Assembly (NCBI GenBank): GCA_040002735.1
Contig: JBDUDX010000218.1
Location: 1 to 42,555 of the forward strand
Direction of reading: 5' to 3'
DNA from: Frankiaceae bacterium
GTDB taxonomy: Bacteria; Actinomycetota; Actinomycetes; JADGOV01
Length of the DNA stretch: 42,555 bases
The stretch's first letter is position 1. Every line of letters begins with the position of its first letter. The notes below the pieces were generated by a model that saw only the letters and a program-made list of their open reading frames with translations, searched no databases and was not told the origin of the DNA. This document shows, piece after piece, positions 17,164 to 26,392 of the stretch. Position numbers and translations under genes: made by a program.

Positions 17164-19152
17164 GTGGACACAACGCTCGCCGACTCTCTGGTCGGTCGGG
17201 TATTGGATCGCCGCTACCGGATCGACGCGCGGGTCGCCGGCGGTGGGATGGGTACGGTCTACGCCGCCACCGACACCCGGCTGGACCGTACAGTCGCCGT
17301 CAAGGTGATGCAGCCGGCGTACGCCACTGATCCCGCGTTCGTCGCCCGCTTCATCTCCGAGGCTCGGGCGGCCGCCAGGCTGTCGCATCCCAACGTCGTC
17401 GCGGTGTTCGACCAGGGCTCCGAACCCGCCTCGAATCGCGGCCAGCCGGTGGTGTTCCTGGTGATGGAGTACATCGACGGCACGACCCTGCGCCAGTTGC
17501 TCACCGAGCAGACCCGGCTTTCCGCGGGACACGCGCTCGCCATTCTGGATCCGGTACTCGGTGCGCTCGGCGCGGCGCACGCGGCCGGGCTGGTGCACCG
17601 CGACGTGAAGCCGGAGAATGTCCTGCTCGCCGCCGATGGCCGGGTCAAGGTCGCCGACTTCGGGTTGGCTCGCGCCGTGGAAGCCACCGCCGCAACCGCC
17701 AGCGTCACCACGCTCATCGGCACGGTCGCCTATCTCGCCCCCGAGCAGATCAGCAGCGGGGCCGCGGATGCCCGTACCGACGTCTACGCGGCCGGCATCC
17801 TGCTGTACGAGTTGGTCACCGGCCGCCCGCCGTTCGACGGCGCGCACGCGATGGCGGTCGCGTTCCGGCACGTCCATGAGGACGTACCGGCCCCCTCGGC
17901 CGCGGTCCGCGGGCTGCCCCGGCCGGTCGATGACCTGGTACGCCGGGCGACGGCCCGCAACCCGGCGCACCGATTCGCCGACGCCCGCGAGTTCCTCGGC
18001 GCGGTCCGCCAGGCGCAGCCCCGACTCCCGAGCCAAGGAAGTCGCCGATGGCGACCGGTGGCCTCCCGCGCCAGCGCCCCGCCGCTCCCGAACCCACCGC
18101 TCCCGAACCCACCGCTCCCGAACCCACCGCTACTGAGCCCACCGGTGGCCAGCTCACCGGGTGCCCGAGCCACCACACCGAATCGGCCGCTGCCACCCAC
18201 CCAACGGGTCCCCGGCGGCCACCCCACCGCCGTGGTCGTACCGGAGTTACCGGCCGAGGTCCGTGGGGATTCTCGACCCACCGGCCGGGGCCGACTTCGG
18301 CTGCTGCTCGCGCTGGCCCTCGCCGCGTTCGTGACCCTCACCGGTTGGTGGCTGGCGAACGGTCGGTACGGGGAGGCACCGAGTCTGCTGGCCAAGACCA
18401 AGCCGGCGGCAAACTCCGCGCTGGCCGCCGCCGGGCTGAAGGCGCAGTGGCTGCCGGATCGGTTCTCCGCGAGCGTGCCCGCCGGACGGGTGGCCTTCGA
18501 AGCGCCGTCCGCGGGCGGGCGGGTGCGGGACGGCGACACGGTGGCGCTGGCCCTGTCCAAGGGGCCGGAGGTGCACAAGTTGCCGGTACTCGTCGGCGCC
18601 TCGCTGGCCCGAGCCCGCCAGGTTCTCGCGCCGCTTCGGCTGCGATCCACGACGTTGTCGGTGTACTCCGACACCGTCGCGGCGGGCAGCGTGGTGGCAA
18701 GCAAGCCCAAGCCGGGCACCTGGCTGCACCCGGGGGCTCCCGTGACGCTCACCGTCAGTAAGGGTCGGCAGCCCATCCGGGTACCGGATGTCACCGCGCG
18801 ACCATTCGACGAGGCCATGCAGGTGCTCACCAAGCTGGACTTCACCGTCAAGCGTACGGATGCCTTCGACGACACCGTCCCGGCGGGCGACGTGATTCGC
18901 TCTACCCCGGCTCCCGGCCTGACTGCGCCCCACGCCACCGCGATCGGACTGGTGGTCTCCAAGGGACCGCAGCTGTTCGCGGTCCCGGACGTCCGGGCGC
19001 TTTCCGCCGGCGACGCGGCCCGTACGCTGCGCGCGGCCGGCTTCCGGGTACGCACCTTTGAGCCATTCGGGTTCGGCCTGGTACACGTGGTGTCCCCGAA
19101 GGTCGGCACCATGGTGGCCCGGGACACCACCATTTCGATCATCGTCTTCTAA
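17164..19152 (+). CDS. pknL: PknL-like Ser/Thr protein kinase: kinase domain, Pro-rich linker, transmembrane segment and extracellular PASTA repeats.
   Basis: GTG 17164: VDTTLADSLVGRVLDRRYRIDARVAGGGMGTVYAATDTRLDRTVAVKVM...HRDVKPENVLL...DFGLA...GTVAYLAPE (Hanks kinase motifs). PLPNP repeats and a transmembrane helix LLLALALAAFVTLTGWWLA. Three PASTA-like units (KGPEVHKLPVLVG..., KGRQPIRVPDVT..., KGPQLFAVPDVR...). The pknL name is by neighbourhood analogy to Mtb and is tentative. Confidence 0.85.
   Translation: MDTTLADSLVGRVLDRRYRIDARVAGGGMGTVYAATDTRLDRTVAVKVMQPAYATDPAFVARFISEARAAARLSHPNVVAVFDQGSEPASNRGQPVVFLVMEYIDGTTLRQLLTEQTRLSAGHALAILDPVLGALGAAHAAGLVHRDVKPENVLLAADGRVKVADFGLARAVEATAATASVTTLIGTVAYLAPEQISSGAADARTDVYAAGILLYELVTGRPPFDGAHAMAVAFRHVHEDVPAPSAAVRGLPRPVDDLVRRATARNPAHRFADAREFLGAVRQAQPRLPSQGSRRWRPVASRASAPPLPNPPLPNPPLPNPPLLSPPVASSPGARATTPNRPLPPTQRVPGGHPTAVVVPELPAEVRGDSRPTGRGRLRLLLALALAAFVTLTGWWLANGRYGEAPSLLAKTKPAANSALAAAGLKAQWLPDRFSASVPAGRVAFEAPSAGGRVRDGDTVALALSKGPEVHKLPVLVGASLARARQVLAPLRLRSTTLSVYSDTVAAGSVVASKPKPGTWLHPGAPVTLTVSKGRQPIRVPDVTARPFDEAMQVLTKLDFTVKRTDAFDDTVPAGDVIRSTPAPGLTAPHATAIGLVVSKGPQLFAVPDVRALSAGDAARTLRAAGFRVRTFEPFGFGLVHVVSPKVGTMVARDTTISIIVF
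18083..18142 (+). repeat. In-gene 15-bp tandem repeat (CCGCTCCCGAACCCA; 3 perfect copies plus 1 degenerate) encoding PLPNP units in the kinase linker.
   Basis: Read directly: ccgctcccgaaccca x3 followed by ccgctactgagccca. Confidence 0.7.
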
Positions 19153-19155
19153 GCC

Positions 19156-20019
19156 GTGCCGCCCCGCACGTTGTCCCCGGTCGGGGCGCACGTCATGGTC
19201 GGCAGCGGCCTGGTCTCCGGCGGCTTGGCCTACGCGCGAGAGATCGGCGCCGAGGCGGTGCAGGTCTTCGTCTCCAACCCGCGTGGCTGGGCGCCAGCGG
19301 CGGGTGACCTGGCGAGAGACGACGCGTTTCGGGTGGCGTGTGCCGATCGCCGGATACCGGTCTTCGTGCACGCCACGTACCTGGTCAATCTCGGCTCGCC
19401 GACGGAGGCCACCCGAGCCAAGTCGGTGGAGTCGCTCCGCGGAGCGCTGCGCCGCGGACGGCGCATCGGCGCCCGCGGCGTGGTCTTTCACGCCGGCTCG
19501 GCGGTCGACTCCGGCGATCGGGACGTCGCGATGCTGCGACTTCGGGACCTGCTGCTGCCTTTGCTGGACGAGTTGGCCGACGACGATCCGGACCTGCTGG
19601 TGGAGTTGAGCGCCGGTGGGGGCGGTTCCCTAGCGGCGACGGTGGAGGAGTTGGAGCCCTTCCTCGCCAGGGTGGACGGACATCCGCGGCTCGGAGTGTG
19701 CCTGGACACCTGTCACGCGTTCGCCGCCGGACACAACCTGGCGACGCCAGGCGGGGTGCGGACCACGCTGAACACGCTGCGCAAGACGATCGGTCGCGGC
19801 CGGTTGAAGCTGGTCCATGCCAACGACTCGCTCGACGGCTGCGGGTCGCGGCGGGACCGGCACGCCTCGATCGGCTCCGGGCAGATCGGGCTCGACCCGT
19901 TCGCCGAACTGTTCCGACACCCGGTCACCCGTGGGGTGCCGGTGGTCATCGAAACGCCCGGCAAGGCGCCCGATCACGCCAAGGACATCGCCGCTCTGAA
20001 GGCGCTTCGGGCTGGGTAG
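19156..20019 (+). CDS. nfo: Endonuclease IV (Nfo; AP endonuclease family 2).
   Basis: 287 aa, TIM-barrel AP-endonuclease pattern: ...VGAHVMVGSG...AVQVFVSNPRGW...VFVHATYLVNL...HAGS...LELSAGGGG...CLDTCHAFAAGH...LVHANDS. GTG start 3 nt after the pknL stop. Confidence 0.85.
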   Translation: MPPRTLSPVGAHVMVGSGLVSGGLAYAREIGAEAVQVFVSNPRGWAPAAGDLARDDAFRVACADRRIPVFVHATYLVNLGSPTEATRAKSVESLRGALRRGRRIGARGVVFHAGSAVDSGDRDVAMLRLRDLLLPLLDELADDDPDLLVELSAGGGGSLAATVEELEPFLARVDGHPRLGVCLDTCHAFAAGHNLATPGGVRTTLNTLRKTIGRGRLKLVHANDSLDGCGSRRDRHASIGSGQIGLDPFAELFRHPVTRGVPVVIETPGKAPDHAKDIAALKALRAG

Positions 20020-20036
20020 CATTCGCCGCCGCTTAC

Positions 20037-20055
20037 GCGCCTCGGCTTCGGGCGC
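20037..20055. terminator. GC-rich hairpin (GCGCC-N9-GGCGC) between convergent nfo and the aminotransferase gene. Weak terminator candidate with no U-tract.
   Basis: gcgcctcggcttcgggcgc read directly: 5-bp stem with a 9-nt loop. Confidence 0.25.
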
Positions 20056-20118
20056 TGTGGAGTCCGCTACGAGTCCGGGCTCGCAGGATCCTCCACACCT
20101 TCGCCTGCCGGATCGCAG

Positions 20119-21459
20119 TCAGCCGGTGTAGTAACCGTCCGCCTCGGTGAGTGCCTCGTCCAGGACCGAGAGACCCTCCTTCAGTTCCTCCTCGGTGATG
20201 ACCAGGGGCGGTACGACGTGCAGCCGGTTGAAGTGCGCGAACGGCCACAGCCCGCGGGCCTTGCACGCCGCGACCACCTTGGTCATCGGCTCCGCGGCCG
20301 GGCCGCCGGCGTTGAACGGTACGAGCATCTCCCGGGTGGCCCGGTCCTTGACCAGCTCCAGAGCCCACATCAGCCCCAGCCCGCGGACCTCGCCAACCGA
20401 GGGGTGCCGCTCCATCAGGTCGATCAAAGCCGGCCCGACGATCTCACTGCCAAGTCGCCGGGTCCGCTCCAGGATGCCGTCGCGGGTGAACACCCCGATC
20501 GAGGCGACCCCGGACGCGCAGGCCAGCGGATGCCCGGAGTACGTCAACCCACCCGGGTACGGCGTCTCGCGGAAGGTATCCGCCACCCGCCGGGAGATCA
20601 CCACGCCGCCGAGCGGGACGTACCCGGAGTTGACCCCCTTGGCGAACGGGATCAGGTCCGGCACGACGCCCCAGCGGTCGACGGCGAACCACTCGCCGCA
20701 CCGCCCGAAGCCGCTCATCACCTCGTCGAAGATCAGCAGGATGCCGTACCGGTCGCAGAGCTCCCGGACCCCCGCCAGGTAGCCGTCCGGCGGGATCAGC
20801 ACGCCGTTGGTACCGACCACCGTCTCCAGCACGATCGCGGCCACCGTGGCCGGCCCTTCCAGGGCGAGCACCTCGGCGAGATGCGCCAGCGCCCGCTCGC
20901 CCTCCTGCCCTGCGTCCGCTGCGGAGAACGCCGACCGGTACGGGTACGGCCCGAAGAAGTGCACGACCCCCGGCATCCCCGGTTCGCTCCCCCAACGCCG
21001 CGGGTCACCGGTCATCGTGATCGCGCCGTTGGTGGCCCCGTGGTAGGAGCGGTACGTGGTGAGCACCTTGTGCCGACCGGTGTGGAGCCGGGCCATCCGG
21101 ACCGCGTTCTCGGTCGCCTCGGCGCCGCCGTTGGTGAAGAACACCATGTCCAGGTCACCGGGCGCCCGCTCGGCAATCAGTCGGGCCAGCTCGCCGCGGA
21201 CATCATTGGCGTGGAACGGGGCGATCGTGCAGAGCCGGTCGGCCTGGGTCTTGATCGCGGCCACGATGTCCGGGTGCTGGTGACCGAGGTTGGCGTTCAC
21301 CAGCTGGGAGGCGAAGTCCAGGTACCGGTTGCCGTCATAGTCCCAGAAGTACGAGCCCTCGCCGCCGGCGACGCACAGCGGGCTGATCAGCCCCTGCGCG
21401 GACCAGGAGTGGAAGACGTGGCCGCGGTCGTCGGCGTAAACGGTCTCTTTGTCGCTCAT
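20119..21459 (-). CDS. Class-III (omega) aminotransferase, PLP-dependent. Likely a beta-alanine/omega-amino-acid:pyruvate type.
   Basis: ...FFTNGGAEATENAVRMAR...LIFDEVMSGFGRCGEWFA...PDLIPFAKGVNSGYVPLGGV. These are the class-III motifs, including a PLP lysine in FAKG. Start taken at ATG 21459 (MSDKETVY), 4 nt after the mmsA stop. Confidence 0.85.
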   Translation of the reverse strand: MSDKETVYADDRGHVFHSWSAQGLISPLCVAGGEGSYFWDYDGNRYLDFASQLVNANLGHQHPDIVAAIKTQADRLCTIAPFHANDVRGELARLIAERAPGDLDMVFFTNGGAEATENAVRMARLHTGRHKVLTTYRSYHGATNGAITMTGDPRRWGSEPGMPGVVHFFGPYPYRSAFSAADAGQEGERALAHLAEVLALEGPATVAAIVLETVVGTNGVLIPPDGYLAGVRELCDRYGILLIFDEVMSGFGRCGEWFAVDRWGVVPDLIPFAKGVNSGYVPLGGVVISRRVADTFRETPYPGGLTYSGHPLACASGVASIGVFTRDGILERTRRLGSEIVGPALIDLMERHPSVGEVRGLGLMWALELVKDRATREMLVPFNAGGPAAEPMTKVVAACKARGLWPFAHFNRLHVVPPLVITEEELKEGLSVLDEALTEADGYYTG

Positions 21460-21463
21460 GAAC

Positions 21464-22951
21464 TCACCGGTTCTGTGGGAAGCCAAGGTCGATCTTGGAC
21501 GTGGCGGGATCGGGCCAGCGGGAGGTAACCACCTTGGTACGGGTGTAGAAGTGCACGCCCTCCGGGCCGTACATGTGGGTATCGCCGAAGAGCGAATCCT
21601 TCCAGCCGCCGAAGGAGTACGCGGCCACCGGCACCGGGATGGGCACGTTGATCCCGACCATCCCGGCGGTCACCGCAGAGCTGAACTCGCGGGCGATCCC
21701 GCCGTCCCGAGTGAAGAGAGCCACCCCGTTGCCGTACTGGTTGCTGTTCACCAGCCGCAACGCCTCGTCGTAGGTCTCGGCCCGGACCACGGACAGCACC
21801 GGGCCGAAGATCTCATCTCGGTACACGTCCATCGACGGTGTCACGTCGTCGATCAGACTCACCCCGAGGAAGAAGCCGTCGCCGTCGAAGGGCTGCTCGC
21901 GGCCGTCGACCACCACGGTGGCGCCCTCCTCGGCGCCGCGGCCGATGTAACCGGCCACCCGGTCCCGGTGCTCCCGGGTGACCAGCGGCCCCATCTCGGC
22001 GTCCGGGTCGCTACCCGCACCGATCCGCAACTTGCCCAGCCGGGCCCGGATTGCCTCCACTACCTGATCGTGTGCCGCGCCAACGGGCACGACGACGGAG
22101 ACCGCCATACAGCGTTCGCCGGCCGACCCGTACGCCGCGGACACCGCCGCGTCGGCCGCCATGTCGATGTCCGCGTCGGGCAGCACGACCATGTGGTTCT
22201 TCGCCCCGCCCAATGCCTGCACCCGCTTGCCGGCCTTGGTTCCCGTTTCGTACACATGCTTCGCGATCGGGGTGGAGCCGACGAAGCTCACCGCCTCGAC
22301 GTCCGGGTGGGTGAGCAACCGGTCGACCGCCACCCGGTCGCCCTGCACCACATTGAGTACGCCGTCCGGCAGGCCCGCGTCGGCGAAGATCTGCCCCAGC
22401 AGCAGGGAGGCTGAGGGGTCCTTCTCACTCGGCTTCAGGACGAACGTGTTGCCGCAGGCGATCGCGTTGGCGATCATCCAGAGCGGCACCATCGCCGGGA
22501 AGTTGAACGGCGTGATGCCGGCGACAACGCCGAGCGGCTGCTTGATCTCGTGCACGTCCACGCCGGTGCCGACCTGCTCGCTGTACCCGCCCTTGAGCAG
22601 GTGGGACAGACCGCAGGCGAACTCCAGGTTCTCCAGCCCACGGGTGACCTCACCGATCGCGTCGGTGCGGACCTTGCCGTGCTCGGCGGTCAGTGCGGCC
22701 GCGACCTCGGCCCGACGCTCGGCAAGCAGGTGCCGGGCACCGAAGAGAATCTCGGTACGCCGGGCCAGGCTGGTCCGGGCCCAGGCCGGAAACGCCTCCT
22801 TCGCCGCGGCGACTGCGGCATCCACCACCTCGATGCTGGCGAACGCCACCTCCCCGGTCTGCTGCCCGGTTGCCGGGTCGTACACCGGCCCGGTGCGCTC
22901 GGGCGAGCCGAATGAGGACTTGCCGGCGATCAGGTGGCCGATACGGTTCAT
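21464..22951 (-). CDS. mmsA: CoA-acylating methylmalonate-semialdehyde dehydrogenase (MmsA).
   Basis: Aldehyde dehydrogenase family: ...LKPSEKDP..., catalytic ...GSAGERCMAVSVVV..., and ...FTRDGGIAREF.... Collinear with MmsA. Start at ATG 22951 (MNRIGHLIAGK). Confidence 0.85.
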   Translation of the reverse strand: MNRIGHLIAGKSSFGSPERTGPVYDPATGQQTGEVAFASIEVVDAAVAAAKEAFPAWARTSLARRTEILFGARHLLAERRAEVAAALTAEHGKVRTDAIGEVTRGLENLEFACGLSHLLKGGYSEQVGTGVDVHEIKQPLGVVAGITPFNFPAMVPLWMIANAIACGNTFVLKPSEKDPSASLLLGQIFADAGLPDGVLNVVQGDRVAVDRLLTHPDVEAVSFVGSTPIAKHVYETGTKAGKRVQALGGAKNHMVVLPDADIDMAADAAVSAAYGSAGERCMAVSVVVPVGAAHDQVVEAIRARLGKLRIGAGSDPDAEMGPLVTREHRDRVAGYIGRGAEEGATVVVDGREQPFDGDGFFLGVSLIDDVTPSMDVYRDEIFGPVLSVVRAETYDEALRLVNSNQYGNGVALFTRDGGIAREFSSAVTAGMVGINVPIPVPVAAYSFGGWKDSLFGDTHMYGPEGVHFYTRTKVVTSRWPDPATSKIDLGFPQNR

Positions 22952-22998
22952 ACCGCTCACCGTATCGACCGCGGGAGCGCAGCGGAACATCCGCCGGG

Positions 22999-24180
22999 CT
23001 AGTGGTGACCGCTCTCCACTTCTGCCACCGGTGGCCGGTCCGGCCGTCGTCGGGGTGGGTCATCCTGGTCGCGGGGCTCGCCCCGACCGTCGCCGTCTCC
23101 GAGGTCTTCGGTGATCGCCTTGACGATGGCGAGACCCTGCGCGGCAAGGGTGGCCACCGCGCTGTTGACGCCCTCAGTGCCGTTGAGAATGGTGAGGTTG
23201 GCCCCCTGCAAGCCGTCCGCGGCGGCCCGAACCAGCTCCGGCAACTGGGCGATGATCGCCTGGTCCAGGGCGATCCGACCCTGGGCTGCGGCCGCTTCGG
23301 CGCTCAGCCGGGTCGCCTCCGCCTGGGCGGTGGCCAACGTACGAATGCGCTCGGCCTCGGCTTCGGCCGGCTTGATCACCTCGGCCACCAACTCCGCCTG
23401 CCGCAGCTCGGCGTTCTTCGCCGCGACCAGCGACTGCTCCGCCAGGACGGCTTGCTGCGCCTGGGCGGCGGCCAACGGCCCCGCCTGCGACGCCTTCTGC
23501 TGGGCGGCGTCGATCTCCGCCTGATACTGCGCCCGTGCCACCGCGGTCTGCCGAGCGTACTCGGCCTGGTTGCGGTCACTCTCCTGGCGGGCCCTGGCGC
23601 TGGCCTGGTCCGCCGCCGCCTGCGCGATCTGCGCCGCCTGGTTGACGGTCGCCTGGTGCGGGGCCGCGAGCGCCATGATGTAGCCGCTGCCCTTGTCGTC
23701 GATGGACTGGATCTGCAGGCTGTCGACCGTCAACCCGATCTTGGCCATCTCGATCTTGGAGGCGTCGAGTACGTTCTCGGCGAGGGTCTGCCGCTCTCGG
23801 ATGATCGCCTCGACCGTCATGCTGCCGACGATGGAGCGCAGGTGACCGGCGAAGATCTGGCCGGTGAGCTCGTCCATCTGGTTCTGATCGGCCAGGAAGC
23901 GCTGGGCGGCGGAGGCGATGGAGGCGTTGTCGCTGCCCACCTTGAAGGCGATCACGGCCTTGACCGCGAGCGCGATCCCCTGTTGGGTAACGCAGTCCTC
24001 GGTGACCGCAGCCTCGCGCATGGCCAACGTCAGAAAGGACACTTTCCGCAGAATCGGTACCGCCCAGGCGCCGTGGCCAGTGACAATCCGAAACGGCAGT
24101 GTGGTGTCGCCGCTGCTCTTCTGTTTGCCGCCGGAGATGAGCATCGCCTCGTTCGGCGCCGGTACGTGGTAGCCGAGCAT
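22999..24180 (-). CDS. Flotillin / SPFH (band 7) domain protein.
   Basis: Start at ATG 24180 (MLGYHVPAPNEAMLISGGK...). SPFH core, then a long Ala/Gln-rich coiled-coil segment (AQIAQAAADQASARARQESDRNQAEYARQ...), then an acidic tail. Confidence 0.85.
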   Translation of the reverse strand: MLGYHVPAPNEAMLISGGKQKSSGDTTLPFRIVTGHGAWAVPILRKVSFLTLAMREAAVTEDCVTQQGIALAVKAVIAFKVGSDNASIASAAQRFLADQNQMDELTGQIFAGHLRSIVGSMTVEAIIRERQTLAENVLDASKIEMAKIGLTVDSLQIQSIDDKGSGYIMALAAPHQATVNQAAQIAQAAADQASARARQESDRNQAEYARQTAVARAQYQAEIDAAQQKASQAGPLAAAQAQQAVLAEQSLVAAKNAELRQAELVAEVIKPAEAEAERIRTLATAQAEATRLSAEAAAAQGRIALDQAIIAQLPELVRAAADGLQGANLTILNGTEGVNSAVATLAAQGLAIVKAITEDLGDGDGRGEPRDQDDPPRRRPDRPPVAEVESGHH

Positions 24181-24185
24181 CGGGC

Positions 24186-24470
24186 CTACCTCTCGTTCGG
24201 ACCGACGGCGCCCGGCGCATCCGGGCACCGTCCACGTCCCTCGGATCCCATGATGACGGTGGTCTGCGGCCACGGCACGACATCGACCGCTCCCGCTCCG
24301 TGGTGGTCGATCACGAGCACCTCCGCCCCGGGCTCGAGGCAAGAGTCACTGTAAGCCAGCAGATGCTCATAGCAACCCCGCAGCAACACGCGCACCTCCC
24401 CCGGGCCGGCCGGCCCCCGGACGCGGGTGACCACCCGGGCGAGCTGGCCCGCCAGCTCGCGTTCCGGCAC
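24186..24470 (-). CDS. Small protein upstream of flotillin, translationally coupled to it. Possible NfeD-like OB-fold partner lacking membrane segments.
   Basis: 94 aa. GEVRVLLRGCYEHLLAYSDSCLEPGAEVLVIDHHGAGAVDVVP fits the alternating G-x-V pattern of NfeD C-terminal beta-barrels. Its stop lies 5 nt before the flotillin start. The assignment is tentative. Confidence 0.4.
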   Translation of the reverse strand: MPERELAGQLARVVTRVRGPAGPGEVRVLLRGCYEHLLAYSDSCLEPGAEVLVIDHHGAGAVDVVPWPQTTVIMGSEGRGRCPDAPGAVGPNER

Positions 24471-24567
24471 GATGCACGCTCCTTGCGGCGGGTACTCCTC
24501 CAGTCTGCGCCCTCGGCGATCTCGCCATACCGATGGTCGCGGAACGCCGGCTACCTACGATCGCTGC

Positions 24568-25506
24568 GTGCCTGCTTCCTCGGTCCGCCCGTCGGCAGCA
24601 ACCCCCCGACGCACCGAGTTGCTGGCGGTGCTCGCGCTGGTAGCGATCACGGCGATCTGGGGTTCCACCTTCGTCGTGGTCAAGGACGCCATCGCCCGGA
24701 TGCCGGTGATGGACTTCCTCGCCTGGCGCTTCGGACTGGCAGCGCTGGTGATGATCGCGCTGCGGCCGCGTTCGATCTCCCGGCTCTCAGCGGCCGGGCG
24801 GCGAGCCGGACTGCTGCTCGGATTGGCGCTCGGCATCGGGTACGCCGCACAGACCTTGGGGTTACGGACCACGCCGGCATCGATCTCCGGCTTCATCACC
24901 GGCATGTTCGTCGTCTTCACGCCGCTGTTCGCCGGCGTACTGCTGCGCCGGCGGGTGGGTCGGGCGGCCTGGCTCGCGGTGGCCCTGGCCACGCTCGGGC
25001 TCGGGTTGATCTCGCTGCGTGGCTTCTTCGTCGGCGGCGAACTGCTGACGCTGGCGTGCGCAGCGTTGTTCGCGCTGCACATCGTCGGCCTGGGCGAGTG
25101 GTCCGCGGGCTCGGATGCGTACGGGTTGGCCGTGCTGCAGTTGCTGGTGGTGGCCGGACTCTGCGCACTCACCGCCATTCCGGCTGGCGGACTCCGACCG
25201 CCGCCCGACGCCGGAGCATGGGGCGCGATCGGGCTCACCGCGATCTTCGCCACCGCGTTCGCTTCTGTCGGCCAGACCTGGGCACAGGCACATCTGGCCC
25301 CGGCCCGGACCGCGGTCATCCTGACCCTGGAACCTGTCTTCGCCGGCGTCTTCGGGGTGTGGGTCGACGGCGACCGACTGGGCGCTCGCGCCATAGGCGG
25401 GGCGGCGCTGGTACTTCTCGCCATGCTGGTCACCGAACTCCACCCGCGCGCTCGCGCCGGGGCTCGGGCCGTGGAACGGCTGGAGGTTGAGCGACGGACG
25501 AGCTAG
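24568..25506 (+). CDS. DMT-superfamily (EamA-like) transporter.
   Basis: About 10 predicted transmembrane helices: ...LLAVLALVAITAIWGSTFVVVKDAI...LLGLALGIGYAAQTLGLRTT...FTPLFAGVLL... arranged as two EamA-like halves. The start is uncertain. GTG 24568 is chosen over the ORF-track start at 24427, which would add a non-hydrophobic Arg-rich N-terminus. Confidence 0.75.
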   Translation: MPASSVRPSAATPRRTELLAVLALVAITAIWGSTFVVVKDAIARMPVMDFLAWRFGLAALVMIALRPRSISRLSAAGRRAGLLLGLALGIGYAAQTLGLRTTPASISGFITGMFVVFTPLFAGVLLRRRVGRAAWLAVALATLGLGLISLRGFFVGGELLTLACAALFALHIVGLGEWSAGSDAYGLAVLQLLVVAGLCALTAIPAGGLRPPPDAGAWGAIGLTAIFATAFASVGQTWAQAHLAPARTAVILTLEPVFAGVFGVWVDGDRLGARAIGGAALVLLAMLVTELHPRARAGARAVERLEVERRTS

Positions 25507-25671
25507 GAGATGCGGACCTCCGAACGCTAGCGGCGTCGGTAGACATCGCTGCGATGATCGATATCGACGACCCGCAGAATGCCGACGGCAGCTGACCGTA
25601 CGTCTGGGTCGACGGGGTCCAAGGCGAGCAAGCCGTTTCCCGCCGGCCGGGTCGGCAGGTTGGTGGTCAGG

Positions 25672-26209
25672 TCAGCGTCGGCCCGCTACCGGTCCGGCGA
25701 GGGCGTCGCGGGCCACGCGACGAGCAGATGGGCGGGGTCGTGCGCGATCGGCGGTGTACCCGGCCACGACGACGCAGGCCCGCTCCCAGGGCCGCTGACG
25801 CTCGAGGAACGGCACTTCCTCCGCCATCCACTGTCGCCAGAACACCGCGACCTGCTCGGCGTCGTCGTGCCCGCCGAGCGCCAGGTCTCGGGCGGTACCG
25901 CACCTCGTGACCGCGCCGCAGGGGCTGCAGCACCCCGCCAGCCAGCAGGTCGGCCCAGTCGAAGAACGAATGATGCCAAGCCACGTCGTCCGTGTGGACC
26001 ACCCTCGATGCGGGCACCGCACCGCTCAGGCGCCCGGCCAAGGTGGTTTTGCCTCCGGCACTGCGGCCGTCCACGGCGACCACCGCTGGCCGACTCGACG
26101 GTGAACCCGAGGATGCCAACAGCCGGCGGAGGAGTTCCTCGACTGTCGCCACCTGCCACGGGCCAGCCGCCGGCTCAACATCCAGGAGCCTCATCACGGC
26201 TTTCAGCAT
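25672..26209 (-). pseudogene. P-loop nucleoside/nucleotide-kinase-like ATPase, disrupted. N-terminal Walker A half and conserved C-terminal half are in different frames.
   Basis: N-terminal frame (26209 down): ...PAVVAVDGRSAGGKTTLAGRL...VVHTDDVAWHHSFFDWADLLAGGVLQPLRRGHEVRYRP, then Arg-rich nonsense. The +1 frame continues ...ARDLALGGHDDAEQVAVFWRQWMAEEVPFLERQRPWERACVVVAGY, which looks like the conserved C-terminus of this family. The junction is near 25885-25900. Confidence 0.5.
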
Positions 26210-26370
26210 GCCCCGGCCGTCCAGGATCTTCCGAGGGCGACGTGCCCGTCGGTAGCAGTCGCACCTGCGACCGCAAGCGTCCGCTACAGTAGGCGCGTGC
26301 GCACCCGCCGCTTTTTCTATGTCGCCAGCCGGAGCTGACGGCAGAACGCGCCTGCGTGCCAGCCCCGACT

Positions 26371-26392
26371 CCCCGAGAGCCGGGGTTTTTTG
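26371..26392 (+). terminator. Intrinsic-terminator-like hairpin (CCCCG-AGAGC-CGGGG) followed by TTTTTTGTTG, 30 nt upstream of the DAHP synthase start. Candidate attenuator or leader element.
   Basis: Read directly: 5-bp GC stem, 5-nt loop, T6 run. A second GC-rich segment plus T5 run lies at 26292-26316. No plus-strand gene ends nearby. Confidence 0.45.
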
